A stretch of 64,000 nt of DNA from a phage. Position 1 is the first letter of the stretch, and every line of letters begins with the position of its first letter. Shown in pieces: positions 18,711 to 28,662 of the stretch. The stretch lies in the NCBI GenBank assembly GCA_027337125.1, contig GCA_027337125.1_3057.1; one strand, written 5' to 3'. Both the position numbers and the translations under genes were made by a program. The notes below the pieces were generated by a model that was not told the DNA's origin, made no database searches, and saw only the letters and a list, made by a program, of their open reading frames with translations.

Positions 18711-19240
18711 TCAAATAATCCAATAATATTGCCAATTCCAGTTATTGGACCATTAGGGCCAGGAATTGCTAAAGTTGTAAAAATATCATTTGCCCATTTT
18801 AAAACGAATGCTGGCATCTCAAGAAAATTAATTTCTTTAACTTCGTCATTGACCTTAAGCAAGCATTTGGATAACATATCGCTCACAGTTAAAAATTGTT
18901 CAAATTTTCCAGGAGGTCTAAAATAAAATGTATTTCCTTGGTATTGAAATTCTAATCTTTGACATACATAAACATCATTTATGTCATAAGTATATCCATC
19001 TATTTCTTTACGAGATTTAATCTTTCCATTAAATTCCAATAAATGAATGGAAACGAAATCAACTTCTGCTGGTGATAAATTCGGACAAATAGAATCAATA
19101 AGAAGTTTTAAATTTTCATCAGGACCTTTAACATCTTTTAAAATATTATAATGTTTAAGACCCATTTTAGGAATAGAAACTTCTTTATTGCTTATTGGAA
19201 GAACTACTTTCTTCAGTGGTAGTATCAGATTTAAATTCAT
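18707..19240 (-). CDS. 28: baseplate hub distal subunit gp28
   Basis: 177 aa matching T4 gp28; overlaps gp27 3' end. Confidence 0.8.
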   Translation of the reverse strand: MNLNLILPLKKVVLPISNKEVSIPKMGLKHYNILKDVKGPDENLKLLIDSICPNLSPAEVDFVSIHLLEFNGKIKSRKEIDGYTYDINDVYVCQRLEFQYQGNTFYFRPPGKFEQFLTVSDMLSKCLLKVNDEVKEINFLEMPAFVLKWANDIFTTLAIPGPNGPITGIGNIIGLFE

Positions 19241-20360
19241 TTTTAACCTTAACTGGGTCTATTGTTTCCAGTTTCGTTGCATTAGTGAACATATATAGAT
19301 GAGTTACGGAATTATTATTTGATAATTCATGGATAACTTCATCAACGTAAAATTCGGTTTTAAATTGATTTTTACTATCATTAAAAATAATTTTAACGCC
19401 AGGAGTCAAGTTAAAATTACCGACAGTAGAACATTTAGCATAACCATCATACTGTGCCATAGTCTGAAGACGAATAGCTTCTTCATAGCCATTCCTATAA
19501 GTCATTTCAGAATAAGCTCCTGACCTTGACACTACAATAGAGTTTTCGCCCTTTCCTGTAGTAATCATTGGCAATGAAGAATCTAAAAATGAATGCGCAT
19601 AGATAGTAGCATTTTTCATTGGGTCACGTTTATGAGGATTCGATTTAGTCAACCAAACGAAATCATATGCTAATGGATATTTTAATTCTTGGATGAATTG
19701 ACCTATTAAAGATGGCTCACCGACAATCATTGGATATGGTTCTTGATTTATCATCATATCATAGTCCATCATGTTAACTCCCATGATGTCTTGCCACACA
19801 AATACAAATTTGTCACTTCCTACAGCTAGAGCAACTTCTCTTACATAGGACAAATAATTTTCAAATGTACTAGTCCATGGAATATCAGGAACATAAGCAT
19901 TTATAGCATTTATTGCTGGAGTTAATAATGTGCGGTCTTGATAAATGACACCAAGCATTTCCTTTATAGATTCACCTGCATCAGGGAAAAACGGTCTGCC
20001 AAATTTAAGATTTTCTATAGAATGAATAGTTCCCAATTCAATAGCAATGATGTTATCACCCTTTGAATCTACTGACACGGAAAAATGCTTACATCCATAA
20101 ATTCTTGTTTTAACATTATTAATATCGTTTGCATTAGCTACAGAAATCTGAATTATTTCATTTCCATCCATTTTTGTATGGATGTTTTTAGAATCATAAA
20201 ACTGCAGCATTCCTTCATTTCGGCCATAAAGAGAATCCCGCATAGTTAATGTGGTAATAGTAGCAGCTAATTCAACAAATCTATTATTACTCCAAGCGTC
20301 GTAGCTATCAAATAATTTAACGCTGAGATTTGGATATCCAGGGCGTCGTAACATACTCAT
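19185..20360 (-). CDS. 27: baseplate hub subunit gp27
   Basis: 391 aa matching T4 gp27 length; synteny. Confidence 0.85.
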   Translation of the reverse strand: MSMLRRPGYPNLSVKLFDSYDAWSNNRFVELAATITTLTMRDSLYGRNEGMLQFYDSKNIHTKMDGNEIIQISVANANDINNVKTRIYGCKHFSVSVDSKGDNIIAIELGTIHSIENLKFGRPFFPDAGESIKEMLGVIYQDRTLLTPAINAINAYVPDIPWTSTFENYLSYVREVALAVGSDKFVFVWQDIMGVNMMDYDMMINQEPYPMIVGEPSLIGQFIQELKYPLAYDFVWLTKSNPHKRDPMKNATIYAHSFLDSSLPMITTGKGENSIVVSRSGAYSEMTYRNGYEEAIRLQTMAQYDGYAKCSTVGNFNLTPGVKIIFNDSKNQFKTEFYVDEVIHELSNNNSVTHLYMFTNATKLETIDPVKVKNEFKSDTTTEESSSSNKQ

Positions 20361-21109
20361 TGATGTTTATCCTTCTCAATCAGTTTTAATACGAATCCGC
20401 GCTCGGCAGGAATCATTTTCATTATTGAATTTAAGCTATAATTACTTTTTACGAGTGTGTGATTAATTTGATAAAAAGTAAATATTTCATCTGGGTTAAC
20501 TAATAGCTTAAACACATCTACTATATCAGTGTATTTTTTTACATACTTATTACAACACGACATGTGCAATGTTAAATTAATAGGATTCATTGAATCGAGA
20601 ATTTTTTCTAATGTTTCTATCTCGATGGCGTCAACAAGTTCTATTTGACTCGATTCGCTAATTTCCTTCCAATCATACCAAGTTTCATCTACTTGGACAG
20701 AATGAATATTTTCAGTAATCATCTTTGCTTTATTTTCATAAAACTCGGAAGGAAACTTTAATTTAATTTTAACATTAGCTACATCAAAAACAGGTTCCTT
20801 TAATTCTTTTTGGTATATTTCAAATGGAACTGTCTTTTCTTTTTTACATTTTGGACATACAAATGTGACTGGTACTTTAGTTTTACCTATTGAACCTACA
20901 AATACCTGCAAAAATATAAATGGTTGCCAAGTCTTCGGATAGTCTCCAAAATAATCGGCAATTAAATCAGCAATTATTTCTTTTTGTTCTTGTGGTGACC
21001 GATGTTCTATATCGTTTCGAACTAACAAAAAATCTCGATAATCTTCTACCGTAAATGGTTTAAAACGATGAACACCATCTGGTAATTTACAACGAATAAT
21101 GTTTGCCAT
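20357..21109 (-). CDS. 51: baseplate hub assembly protein gp51
   Basis: 250 aa (T4 gp51 249); synteny. Confidence 0.8.
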   Translation of the reverse strand: MANIIRCKLPDGVHRFKPFTVEDYRDFLLVRNDIEHRSPQEQKEIIADLIADYFGDYPKTWQPFIFLQVFVGSIGKTKVPVTFVCPKCKKEKTVPFEIYQKELKEPVFDVANVKIKLKFPSEFYENKAKMITENIHSVQVDETWYDWKEISESSQIELVDAIEIETLEKILDSMNPINLTLHMSCCNKYVKKYTDIVDVFKLLVNPDEIFTFYQINHTLVKSNYSLNSIMKMIPAERGFVLKLIEKDKHQ

Positions 21110-21126
21110 AGATGCTCCTTTTATTC

Positions 21127-21138
21127 TATTTATAAATA
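21127..21138. promoter_or_regulatory. overlapping divergent late promoters (TATTTATAAATA) for gene 51 (-) and genes 26/25 (+)
   Basis: TATAAATA on + at 21131-21138 and on - at 21127-21134 within 50 bp divergent intergenic region. Confidence 0.55.
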
Positions 21139-21159
21139 TGATAAATAAAGGAGCTAAAT

Positions 21160-21786
21160 ATGTATGAATACAAATTTGATGTGAGAGTTGGTTCTAAAAT
21201 AATCAACTGTCGCGCATTTACTCTCAAAGAATATCTAGAACTTATTACTGCTAAAAAGAACGGTTCAGTAGAAGAGATCGTTAAAAAGCTAATTAAAGAC
21301 TGTACAAATGCAAAAGATTTAAACCGCCAAGAATCAGAACTATTGTTGATTCATTTATGGGCGCATTCTCTTGGAGAAGTTAATCACGAAAACTCCTGGA
21401 AGTGCACCTGTGGAACTGAAATACCAACCCATATAAATCTATTACATACACAAATAGATGCACCAGAAGACCTCTGGTATACACTGGGTGACATTAAAAT
21501 TAAGTTCCATTACCCTAAAATTTTTGATGATAAAAATATAGCCCACATGATAGTATCATGTATAGAAACGATTCATGCTAACGGTGAAAGCATTCCAATT
21601 GAAGACTTAAATGAAAAAGAGTTGGAAGATTTATATTCTATCATCACAGAGTCAGATATTGTAGCTATAAAAGATATGCTTTTAAAGCCTACTGTTTATT
21701 TGGCTGTTCCAATTAAATGTCCAGAGTGTGGAAAAACTCACGCTCATGTAATAAGAGGACTCAAAGAATTCTTTGAGCTATTGTAA
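21160..21786 (+). CDS. 26: baseplate hub subunit gp26
   Basis: 208 aa matching T4 gp26; AAGGAG RBS. Confidence 0.8.
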   Translation: MYEYKFDVRVGSKIINCRAFTLKEYLELITAKKNGSVEEIVKKLIKDCTNAKDLNRQESELLLIHLWAHSLGEVNHENSWKCTCGTEIPTHINLLHTQIDAPEDLWYTLGDIKIKFHYPKIFDDKNIAHMIVSCIETIHANGESIPIEDLNEKELEDLYSIITESDIVAIKDMLLKPTVYLAVPIKCPECGKTHAHVIRGLKEFFELL

Positions 21787-22184
21787 TGGCAAATATTAAT
21801 AAGCTTTATTCTGACATTGACCCAGAAATGAAAATGGATTGGGACAAAGATGTTTCTAGATCTCTTGGATTAAGGTCAATTAAAAATAGCCTTTTGGGAA
21901 TTATTACAACCAGAAAAGGGTCAAGACCTTTTGACCCAGAATTTGGATGCGATTTATCTGATCAACTTTTTGAGAATATGACTCCTCTTACTGCCGACAC
22001 AGTTGAGCGTAACATTGAAAGCGCAGTAAGAAACTACGAGCCACGTATTGATAAATTAGCAGTTAATGTAATACCGGTTTATGATGATTATACTCTGATA
22101 GTAGAAATACGCTTTTCAGTCATCGATAACCCTGATGATATTGAGCAGATAAAACTGCAATTGGCTTCCAGTAATAGAGTATAA
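21786..22184 (+). CDS. 25: baseplate wedge subunit gp25
   Basis: 132 aa matching T4 gp25 length; synteny. Confidence 0.85.
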   Translation: MANINKLYSDIDPEMKMDWDKDVSRSLGLRSIKNSLLGIITTRKGSRPFDPEFGCDLSDQLFENMTPLTADTVERNIESAVRNYEPRIDKLAVNVIPVYDDYTLIVEIRFSVIDNPDDIEQIKLQLASSNRV

Positions 22185-22210
22185 TGCTTCACGTATAAAC
22201 GTGGTATAAT
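22185..22210 (+). promoter_or_regulatory. MotA-dependent middle promoter upstream of uvsY (T4 oriF-type position)
   Basis: MotA box TGCTTCA 22185-22191, 13 nt spacer, TATAAT 22205-22210. Confidence 0.55.
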
Positions 22211-22250
22211 GAATCTAAGTCCATCCAATAACAATTGAATAGAGAACAAT

Positions 22251-22664
22251 ATGAAATTAGAAGATCTTCAAGAAGAATTGAAGAAAGATGTGTTTATAGA
22301 TTCGACTAAATTACAGTATGAAGCAGCTAATAATGTGATGTTATATAGTAAATGGCTCAATAAGCATTCAAGTATTAAAAAGGAAATGCTTAGAATTGAA
22401 GCACAGAAAAAAGTTGCTCTTAAAGCTAAATTAGACTACTACTCGGGACGAGGAGATGGTGATGAATTTAGTATGGACCGTTATGAGAAATCAGAAATGA
22501 AGACAGTTCTATCAGCTGATAAGGATGTTTTAAAAGTTGATACTTCATTGCAATATTGGGGAATTTTATTGGATTTCTGTAGCGGAGCTCTTGATGCTAT
22601 TAAATCACGCGGATTTGCTATTAAGCATATTCAAGACATGCGAGCATTTGAGGCTGGAAAATAA
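22251..22664 (+). CDS. uvsY: recombination mediator UvsY
   Basis: 137 aa, same length as T4 UvsY; sequence recognised. Confidence 0.9.
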   Translation: MKLEDLQEELKKDVFIDSTKLQYEAANNVMLYSKWLNKHSSIKKEMLRIEAQKKVALKAKLDYYSGRGDGDEFSMDRYEKSEMKTVLSADKDVLKVDTSLQYWGILLDFCSGALDAIKSRGFAIKHIQDMRAFEAGK

Positions 22665-22888
22665 TGAAATATAGCATTGATGATGCTTTTAATTATGAAG
22701 AAGAATTCGAAACGGAAATTCAATTCTTAATGAAAAAGTATAATCTCAAGCGTCAGGATATTCGTATCCTGGCCGACCATCCATGCGGTGAAGATGTACT
22801 TTATATTAAAGGAAAATTTGCTGGATATCTTGATGAATATTTTTATTCTAAAGATATGGGCATTGATATGCATATGAGAGTTATATAA
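22664..22888 (+). CDS. hypothetical protein (74 aa; T4 uvsY.-1 position)
   Basis: ORF with ATGA overlap to uvsY. Confidence 0.6.
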   Translation: MKYSIDDAFNYEEEFETEIQFLMKKYNLKRQDIRILADHPCGEDVLYIKGKFAGYLDEYFYSKDMGIDMHMRVI

Positions 22889-22916
22889 ATAGATATATAA
22901 TTTAGAGGAGACAATC

Positions 22917-23084
22917 ATGTCAGATAAGATTTGCGTTGTCTGTAAAACTCCAATCGATTCTGCATTGGTTGTTGAAACAGACAAAGGTCCTGTACATCCT
23001 GGGCCTTGTTATAATTACATCAAAGAACTACCAGTTTCAGAAAGTTCGGAAGAACAATTAAATGAAACACAACTTTTGCTATAG
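22917..23084 (+). CDS. small Cys-containing protein (55 aa; T4 uvsY.-2 position)
   Basis: MSDKICVVCKTP...PGPCYNY; GAGGAG RBS; not in ORF track because under 60 aa. Confidence 0.5.
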   Translation: MSDKICVVCKTPIDSALVVETDKGPVHPGPCYNYIKELPVSESSEEQLNETQLLL

Positions 23085-23107
23085 TGTGACCTTTAGTCTA
23101 TAGTTTT

Positions 23108-23136
23108 GGCCCTTCCTTTTTGGTTGGGCCTTTTTT
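23108..23136 (+). terminator. rho-independent terminator after uvsY operon
   Basis: GGCCC ... GGGCC stem followed by TTTTTT. Confidence 0.55.
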
Positions 23137-23139
23137 AAT

Positions 23140-23370
23140 TTAAAAGCTTTCTTCTACTTCATCGTCTGAATCTTCTAATTCAGCTCTTTTTCCTGCCAAA
23201 GCATCTCTGACAGAGATGTCATCAGTATCTTTTAATTCAGTTTCTTTAACTCTTTTCTTATAATAAGCTTCAAGTTCTTCTAGACCTTCTAATGTTTGGC
23301 AAGAGGCAATTTTACCCATAAATTCATCAATAGAAGCTTCATAAAGAAATTGTTTAAATTCTAGTAACAT
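23140..23370 (-). CDS. uvsW.1: UvsW.1-like small acidic protein
   Basis: 76 aa from ATG (GGAG RBS 8 nt upstream); ORF track extends to TTG at 23382; in T4 this gene directly follows uvsW. Confidence 0.7.
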   Translation of the reverse strand: MLLEFKQFLYEASIDEFMGKIASCQTLEGLEELEAYYKKRVKETELKDTDDISVRDALAGKRAELEDSDDEVEESF

Positions 23371-23383
23371 CTTTTTCTCCAAA

Positions 23384-23395
23384 GGGCCGAAGCCC
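23384..23395 (-). other. short UUCG tetraloop hairpin between HNH gene stop and uvsW.1 RBS
   Basis: + strand GGGCCGAAGCCC; - strand reads GGGC-UUCG-GCCC. Confidence 0.45.
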
Positions 23396-24088
23396 TTATA
23401 AATTAACTGTTTTTCTAAGTATTCTTAGTTTGTACATTGATAATCCAGTAGCTTTAGAAGCATCTTTCATGCATTTATACTTAACACCATTTATTTCTAT
23501 AGGTTTAGCAGCTGGGTTATTAGCTCCTGAATTATCTGGCATGTTATCTTTAATTTTCTGAATAGATTTAGCGGAATGTTTCCTTCCATACATGCCATTA
23601 TTTTTACCTGATTGATTGATAGAATGCAATCTTTTAGCTTCTTCAGTCCATTTTGTTGGGTTCATTCTTTTAGTTTTACTAATTTTACTTCCCCACGTAA
23701 TTGGACGATTTTTCATGAGTTTTGACATATATTGTTTATGTTCTTCCGTATGGTGTTTTCCGTAAAATGGATTGCCTTCACCTGATTGAAGTTCTGCCAT
23801 TTTACGACGTTCCCAGGCGTAAGATTTATTAACGTGTCTTTCATGAGTCTTTGAATTCATCCCCATACATATAACGGCTTTAATTATACCGTAATGGTTC
23901 GGATGAATTTTAGCTAAAAGTTTATGAGCTATAAAATGCTCTTCAGCTGTTAGTTCTACCAAATTACACTTATCATCTGTACCGCCCATACATCTAGGAA
24001 TTATATGATGAGTTTCAGTGTATCCATTAAGGCGAGCCCGATTCTGGGCTCTATTAATTAAATTATCGTATATTAATTTATAATTCAA
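23396..24088 (-). CDS. freestanding HNH homing endonuclease (Mob-like, with NUMOD-like repeats)
   Basis: 230 aa; HNH core YTETHHIIPRCMGGTDDKCNLVELTAEEHFIAHKLL; C-terminal repeats NPFYGKHHTEEHK / NGMYGRKHSAKS; start overlaps uvsW stop. Confidence 0.85.
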   Translation of the reverse strand: MNYKLIYDNLINRAQNRARLNGYTETHHIIPRCMGGTDDKCNLVELTAEEHFIAHKLLAKIHPNHYGIIKAVICMGMNSKTHERHVNKSYAWERRKMAELQSGEGNPFYGKHHTEEHKQYMSKLMKNRPITWGSKISKTKRMNPTKWTEEAKRLHSINQSGKNNGMYGRKHSAKSIQKIKDNMPDNSGANNPAAKPIEINGVKYKCMKDASKATGLSMYKLRILRKTVNL

Positions 24089-25593
24089 AGTTTAACCTCT
24101 TTCATCACATAATTAAACTTCTCATCAGCATAACGCTGAATACGATCAAGTCCATGTTTTAAAAGATAGTTTAAATGCGAGTATTTTTTAGAAGATGTTT
24201 TTGATTTAGAAACTACGCCCGCGTCATCTATGAGGTCCCAGACTGTTGCTATTGTTTTAGAACCATGCTTACGTAATACGCGACCTATTGTTTGCAATAC
24301 AATAATTTTAGATTTAACACCGTGCGCTAAAACAACGTGATGCAGATTTTTAACTGAAATACCAGTAGAAAATACACCATAACTAGCTACTATAATTATT
24401 CCTTTACCGTTTTCAGCTAAGGTTTTCATTACATTGCGTGTTTCAGTATCAACTTCCCCTGATACGTAATAAACTTTATCGTATTCATTTTTAATTAAAT
24501 CGAAAATAGCTTTACCATGTGATACATGCTTAAACATGACAAAAGCGTTTTCATCTTTTTGCGCAAGCTTAATAGCTAATTTAGCGATCCATTTATTTCT
24601 TTTACTGAGCCCAGTAATAATTTTTATTTCTTCTTGGTAAGTTTTTCCCTTTAATTTAGTAGTGAACTCATCGGGATAGCGAAGAAAAATACTATTAATT
24701 TTTAGCTCAGTTACTTGTCCATCTTCCATTAATTTAGAAGTCGTTACTGGCTTAAATATTTCACCAAACATTCCAACATACTGCATGATATTAGCTTTGC
24801 CATCGCGCAATGAACCGGACAAACCAAATTTAAACATACAGTTATTTAAACCTGATATGATAGATGAAATACTTTTTCCTGTAGCAAGATGGCATTCATC
24901 ATTCATCATCATTCCAAACTGTGAGAACCATTCTTTCGGTTGTTTTACTACAGTTTGCCATGTACCAACAACGACTGGTGCATCATTTTTATATTTATCA
25001 TCTTTTGATGCTCCACCACCGATTTTCTTTATCATTGCATGACTGAATAAACGATAGTCAACAAAGTCATCAGCCATCTGAGTTGTTAAAGCAGTTGTTG
25101 GAACAATGATAAGAATTTTACCTTCATAATTTTCCAAATAATAACGTGCAAGCAAAGCTTGAATTAAAGATTTACCTGCGGATGTTGGAAGATTAAGAAT
25201 TCTACGACGATTAACTAATCCTTCGAACACTGCATCTTTTTGATACCAGTGTGGTTCAATTCTTTTATTTCCTGAATAGATTTCTAATTTAGAAAGCCAT
25301 TCATCAAAATCTTTTCTTGATAATTCTTCTTTTTCGTTAATCTGTGGGTCAATCCAGGCTTTATAGCCAAAGTTATCGCAGAACTTTTTAATTTGCCCGA
25401 CTAAGCCGAATGGAAGAAGACGATTATAATCTAAAAGACGGATTCGTCCATCCCAGTTGCCATATCTGAAGCGAGGGTTAAACCTATATCCATCGGCCTC
25501 AAACGAAAAGAAATCTCTTAATTCGTGGAACGTGCTCTCTTCACAATCGATGCGTACATGACTGAAGTCGTGAAAATGTACTTTAATATCCAT
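24085..25593 (-). CDS. uvsW: UvsW DNA/RNA helicase
   Basis: 502 aa; Walker A PTSAGKS, DECH box MMNDECH; matches T4 UvsW. Confidence 0.93.
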   Translation of the reverse strand: MDIKVHFHDFSHVRIDCEESTFHELRDFFSFEADGYRFNPRFRYGNWDGRIRLLDYNRLLPFGLVGQIKKFCDNFGYKAWIDPQINEKEELSRKDFDEWLSKLEIYSGNKRIEPHWYQKDAVFEGLVNRRRILNLPTSAGKSLIQALLARYYLENYEGKILIIVPTTALTTQMADDFVDYRLFSHAMIKKIGGGASKDDKYKNDAPVVVGTWQTVVKQPKEWFSQFGMMMNDECHLATGKSISSIISGLNNCMFKFGLSGSLRDGKANIMQYVGMFGEIFKPVTTSKLMEDGQVTELKINSIFLRYPDEFTTKLKGKTYQEEIKIITGLSKRNKWIAKLAIKLAQKDENAFVMFKHVSHGKAIFDLIKNEYDKVYYVSGEVDTETRNVMKTLAENGKGIIIVASYGVFSTGISVKNLHHVVLAHGVKSKIIVLQTIGRVLRKHGSKTIATVWDLIDDAGVVSKSKTSSKKYSHLNYLLKHGLDRIQRYADEKFNYVMKEVKL

Positions 25594-25595
25594 AA

Positions 25596-26213
25596 TTATG
25601 CCTTACTAAATTTGCCTTTAGAGTCTCTTTTCATGAGACGACCTTTAATAAATCCGTCGGGAATAATACCGTCTGGTTGTATTAATTTATTTATTGCACC
25701 ATTATTGACCCAAAAAGTTCCTGTGGTAGTCGGTTTGACTTTACATCCTTTTCTGGACTTTCTATTAGGATGAACCATCCCTTTTACAAATCCTTCTGGA
25801 ACAAGTTCTCCAGGTTTAATAAAAATATTTTTAGTTCCATTAGTGTAACAAGTTGCACCTAATACCGTGCCCGGTGAGTTTTCAAATCTCTTAGCGGAAG
25901 ATTCTTTCATCTTTGATATAACCTCTGTAGTCATAACAATTCCGCCAATTCCGCCAGGTTTCATATTATAATAATTTTTGCTTTTTATTATTTCAGGAGT
26001 TATAATTTCTTCTTCATACATGTACGCTTCTTCGGAAGTTTTAAACTCTTTTAGTATTGTTCTAGAGAAATTGTTTTCACCATATTTCTTTATAGCCTGC
26101 TGAATTGCCTTACCGGAACCAAGATAACCATCATTCAAGTCATCAGTAGAGTGTTTTCCTATATACTTTTTACTATTTATTAGATTTGTTGTTTCATATA
26201 CAAAGTGGTACAT
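25596..26213 (-). CDS. segE: GIY-YIG homing endonuclease, SegE-like
   Basis: 205 aa; N-terminal GIY-YIG region FVYETTNLINSKKYIGK...GYLGSG; located between uvsW and inh as T4 segE. Confidence 0.8.
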   Translation of the reverse strand: MYHFVYETTNLINSKKYIGKHSTDDLNDGYLGSGKAIQQAIKKYGENNFSRTILKEFKTSEEAYMYEEEIITPEIIKSKNYYNMKPGGIGGIVMTTEVISKMKESSAKRFENSPGTVLGATCYTNGTKNIFIKPGELVPEGFVKGMVHPNRKSRKGCKVKPTTTGTFWVNNGAINKLIQPDGIIPDGFIKGRLMKRDSKGKFSKA

Positions 26214-26241
26214 ACTATTTTCCGAGTAATAAATATATCTA

Positions 26242-26249
26242 TATTTATA
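26242..26249 (-). promoter_or_regulatory. candidate late promoter (TATAAATA on - strand) upstream of segE-like gene
   Basis: + strand TATTTATA 29 nt upstream of segE start. Confidence 0.45.
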
Positions 26250-26262
26250 CTGAGGAAATATT

Positions 26263-26943
26263 ATGATAGATAAAGATTATATTGCAGAGCTGAAGGCTCT
26301 TGATGATAATAAAGAAGCTAAAGCTAAATTAGCTGAATATGCTGAACAGTTTGGTATAAAGGTCAAAAAGAATAAATCTTTTGATAATATCGTTAATGAT
26401 ATTGAAGAAGCCCTCCAGAAGCTCGCTAGTGAACCTATGCCAGAGACTGATGGGTTATCTATTAAAGACTTAATTAATGCTGCTGATGCTGCAGAGGGAT
26501 TAAAATATGACGATGAAGAAGTCAATCCAGAAGCAGCACTTCTGATTGATTCTCCGGTTAAATCTGACATTAAAATTGAAGTGGTAGAAACGGATAAAAT
26601 TCCTGAAAATACCGATGTTTTGATTGAAGATACTCCTTTTATTGAAGAAAAATTCGAACAGGCTGTAGCTGAGATTATTGAATCTGAAAAGCCGTCTGTA
26701 TTTACTCTTCCGGAAAACTTTAGTCCGAATCTTCAGTTGATTGGAAAAAATCCAGGATTCTGCACGGTTCCTTGGTGGATTTACCAGTGGATTGCTGAAA
26801 CTCCGGATTGGAAATCTCACCCAATTAGTTTTGAACACGCGTCGGCACACCAAACTTTATTTAGCTTAATTTACTACATTAATCGTGACGGATCAGTTCT
26901 AATTCGTGAAACACGCAACTCTTCTTTCGTAACATTAAAATAA
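26263..26943 (+). CDS. inh: Inh, inhibitor of prohead protease (hoc.1 position)
   Basis: 226 aa acidic protein immediately upstream of hoc, as in T4. Confidence 0.7.
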   Translation: MIDKDYIAELKALDDNKEAKAKLAEYAEQFGIKVKKNKSFDNIVNDIEEALQKLASEPMPETDGLSIKDLINAADAAEGLKYDDEEVNPEAALLIDSPVKSDIKIEVVETDKIPENTDVLIEDTPFIEEKFEQAVAEIIESEKPSVFTLPENFSPNLQLIGKNPGFCTVPWWIYQWIAETPDWKSHPISFEHASAHQTLFSLIYYINRDGSVLIRETRNSSFVTLK

Positions 26944-26952
26944 GGATAACTT

Positions 26953-28083
26953 ATGGCTTTTACAGTTGATATAACTCCTAAAACACCTACTGGAGTTATA
27001 GATCAGACTCAGCAGTTTACTGCTACACCCAGTGGTCAAACTGGAGATGGACCTATTACATATGCTTGGACTGTAGATGATGTTCCACAAGATGGAGCTG
27101 AAGCAACTTTTAGTTATGTACTAAAAGGACCTGCTGGTCAAAAGACTATTAAAGTAGTTGCAACAAACACAGTTCCAGATACTGATGCTGAAACAGCAGA
27201 AGCTACTACAACTATCACAGTTCAAAATAAGACACAGACAACTACCTTAGCTGTAACTCCTGATAGTCCTGCTGCTGGAGTGATTGGAACTCCTGTTGAA
27301 TTTACTGCTGCTTTAGCTTCTCAACCATCAGGCGCATCTGCTACGTATCAATGGTACGTTGACGGTTCTCCTGTGAGCGAAGCAACTTCTGCTACATTCA
27401 ATTACACTCCTACTACAAGCGGAGTTAAAAAAATTAAGTGTGTAGCTCAAGTAACTGCGGCAGATTATGATGCAAAGGAAGTTACTTCCAACGAAGTGTC
27501 ACTGACGGTTAATAAGAAGACAATGAATCCACAGGTTACATTGACTCCTCCTTCTATTAATGTTCAGCAAGATGCTTCGGCTACATTTACTGCTAATGTC
27601 ACTGATGCCCCGGAAGAAGCGCAAATTACGTATTCATGGAAGAAAGATTCTTCTCCTGTAGAAGGGTCAACTAATGTATACACTGTTGATACATCATCTA
27701 TTGGAAGTCAAACCATTGAAGTTACTGCAACTGTTACCGCTACTGACTATGATAGCAAAACTATTACAGCAGAAGGTCAAGTTCAGGTAACTGATAAAGT
27801 TGCTCCAGAACCAGAAGGTGAATTGCCTTATGTTCATCCTCTTCCACATCGTACTTCAGCTTACATCTGGTGTGGTTGGTGGGTTATGGATGAAATCCAA
27901 AAAATGACTGAAGAAGGTAAAGATTGGAAAACTGAAGATCCAGATAGTAAATATTACTTGCATCGTTACACTCTTCAGAAGATGATGAAAGACTATCCAG
28001 AAGTTGATGTTCAAGAATCACGTAATGGATACATCATTCATAAAACTGCTTTAGAAACTGGTATCATCTATACCTATCCATAA
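26953..28083 (+). CDS. hoc: Hoc, highly immunogenic outer capsid protein
   Basis: 376 aa; begins MAFTVDITPKTPTGVIDQTQQFTATPSGQTG..., repeated Ig-like modules; matches T4 Hoc length. Confidence 0.9.
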   Translation: MAFTVDITPKTPTGVIDQTQQFTATPSGQTGDGPITYAWTVDDVPQDGAEATFSYVLKGPAGQKTIKVVATNTVPDTDAETAEATTTITVQNKTQTTTLAVTPDSPAAGVIGTPVEFTAALASQPSGASATYQWYVDGSPVSEATSATFNYTPTTSGVKKIKCVAQVTAADYDAKEVTSNEVSLTVNKKTMNPQVTLTPPSINVQQDASATFTANVTDAPEEAQITYSWKKDSSPVEGSTNVYTVDTSSIGSQTIEVTATVTATDYDSKTITAEGQVQVTDKVAPEPEGELPYVHPLPHRTSAYIWCGWWVMDEIQKMTEEGKDWKTEDPDSKYYLHRYTLQKMMKDYPEVDVQESRNGYIIHKTALETGIIYTYP

Positions 28084-28089
28084 TCATAA

Positions 28090-28112
28090 GGGGCTTCGGC
28101 CCCTTTCTTCAT
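28090..28112 (+). terminator. rho-independent terminator after hoc
   Basis: GGGGC-TTCG-GCCCC followed by TTTCTTCATTTT. Confidence 0.6.
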
Positions 28113-28172
28113 TTTGAAAGCACACAAAACACAATCAGAAAACGATGTATATAATGGCACCAACTCGATAAC

Positions 28173-28388
28173 ATGAGATTGATTATGAGAACTGAGGTTG
28201 TGGTGTTTACTCTTCATGAGTCTGGAAAGTCATTCATTGAAATTGCTCGTGAATTGAACTTACAGGCAAAAGAAGTGGCTGTATTATGGGCTCGAGCTAT
28301 GACTGCTAAAAATAAATTTGATACTCGAGAAAAAGTTGTCTATAGAAAAAGACATATTAATAAAAAGGTGAAAAATGGAACAGTATGA
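28173..28388 (+). CDS. hypothetical protein (71 aa), possible helix-turn-helix
   Basis: ORF; segment ESGKSFIEIARELNLQAKEVAVLWARA resembles an HTH. Confidence 0.45.
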   Translation: MRLIMRTEVVVFTLHESGKSFIEIARELNLQAKEVAVLWARAMTAKNKFDTREKVVYRKRHINKKVKNGTV

Positions 28389-28653
28389 TCTTTATGAAAA
28401 TGAATCTTTTGCTAATCAATTACGCGAAAAAGCACTTAAAAGTAAACAGTTTAAGCTAGAGTGTTTTATTAAAGATTTTTCGGAACTTGCTAATAAAGCA
28501 GCTGAACAAGGTAAAACATATTTTAGTTATTATTGTACTGCTCGTGATAAATTGATTACTGAAGAAATTGGTGATTGGTTGAGAAAAGAAGGATTTAACT
28601 TTAAAGTCAATAGTGATCAGCGTGATGGTGATTGGTTAGAAATTACATTTTGA
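28375..28653 (+). CDS. hypothetical protein (92 aa)
   Basis: ORF overlapping previous; upstream of rnlB as T4 24.2. Confidence 0.5.
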   Translation: MEQYDLYENESFANQLREKALKSKQFKLECFIKDFSELANKAAEQGKTYFSYYCTARDKLITEEIGDWLRKEGFNFKVNSDQRDGDWLEITF

Positions 28654-28662
28654 GGATTAATT

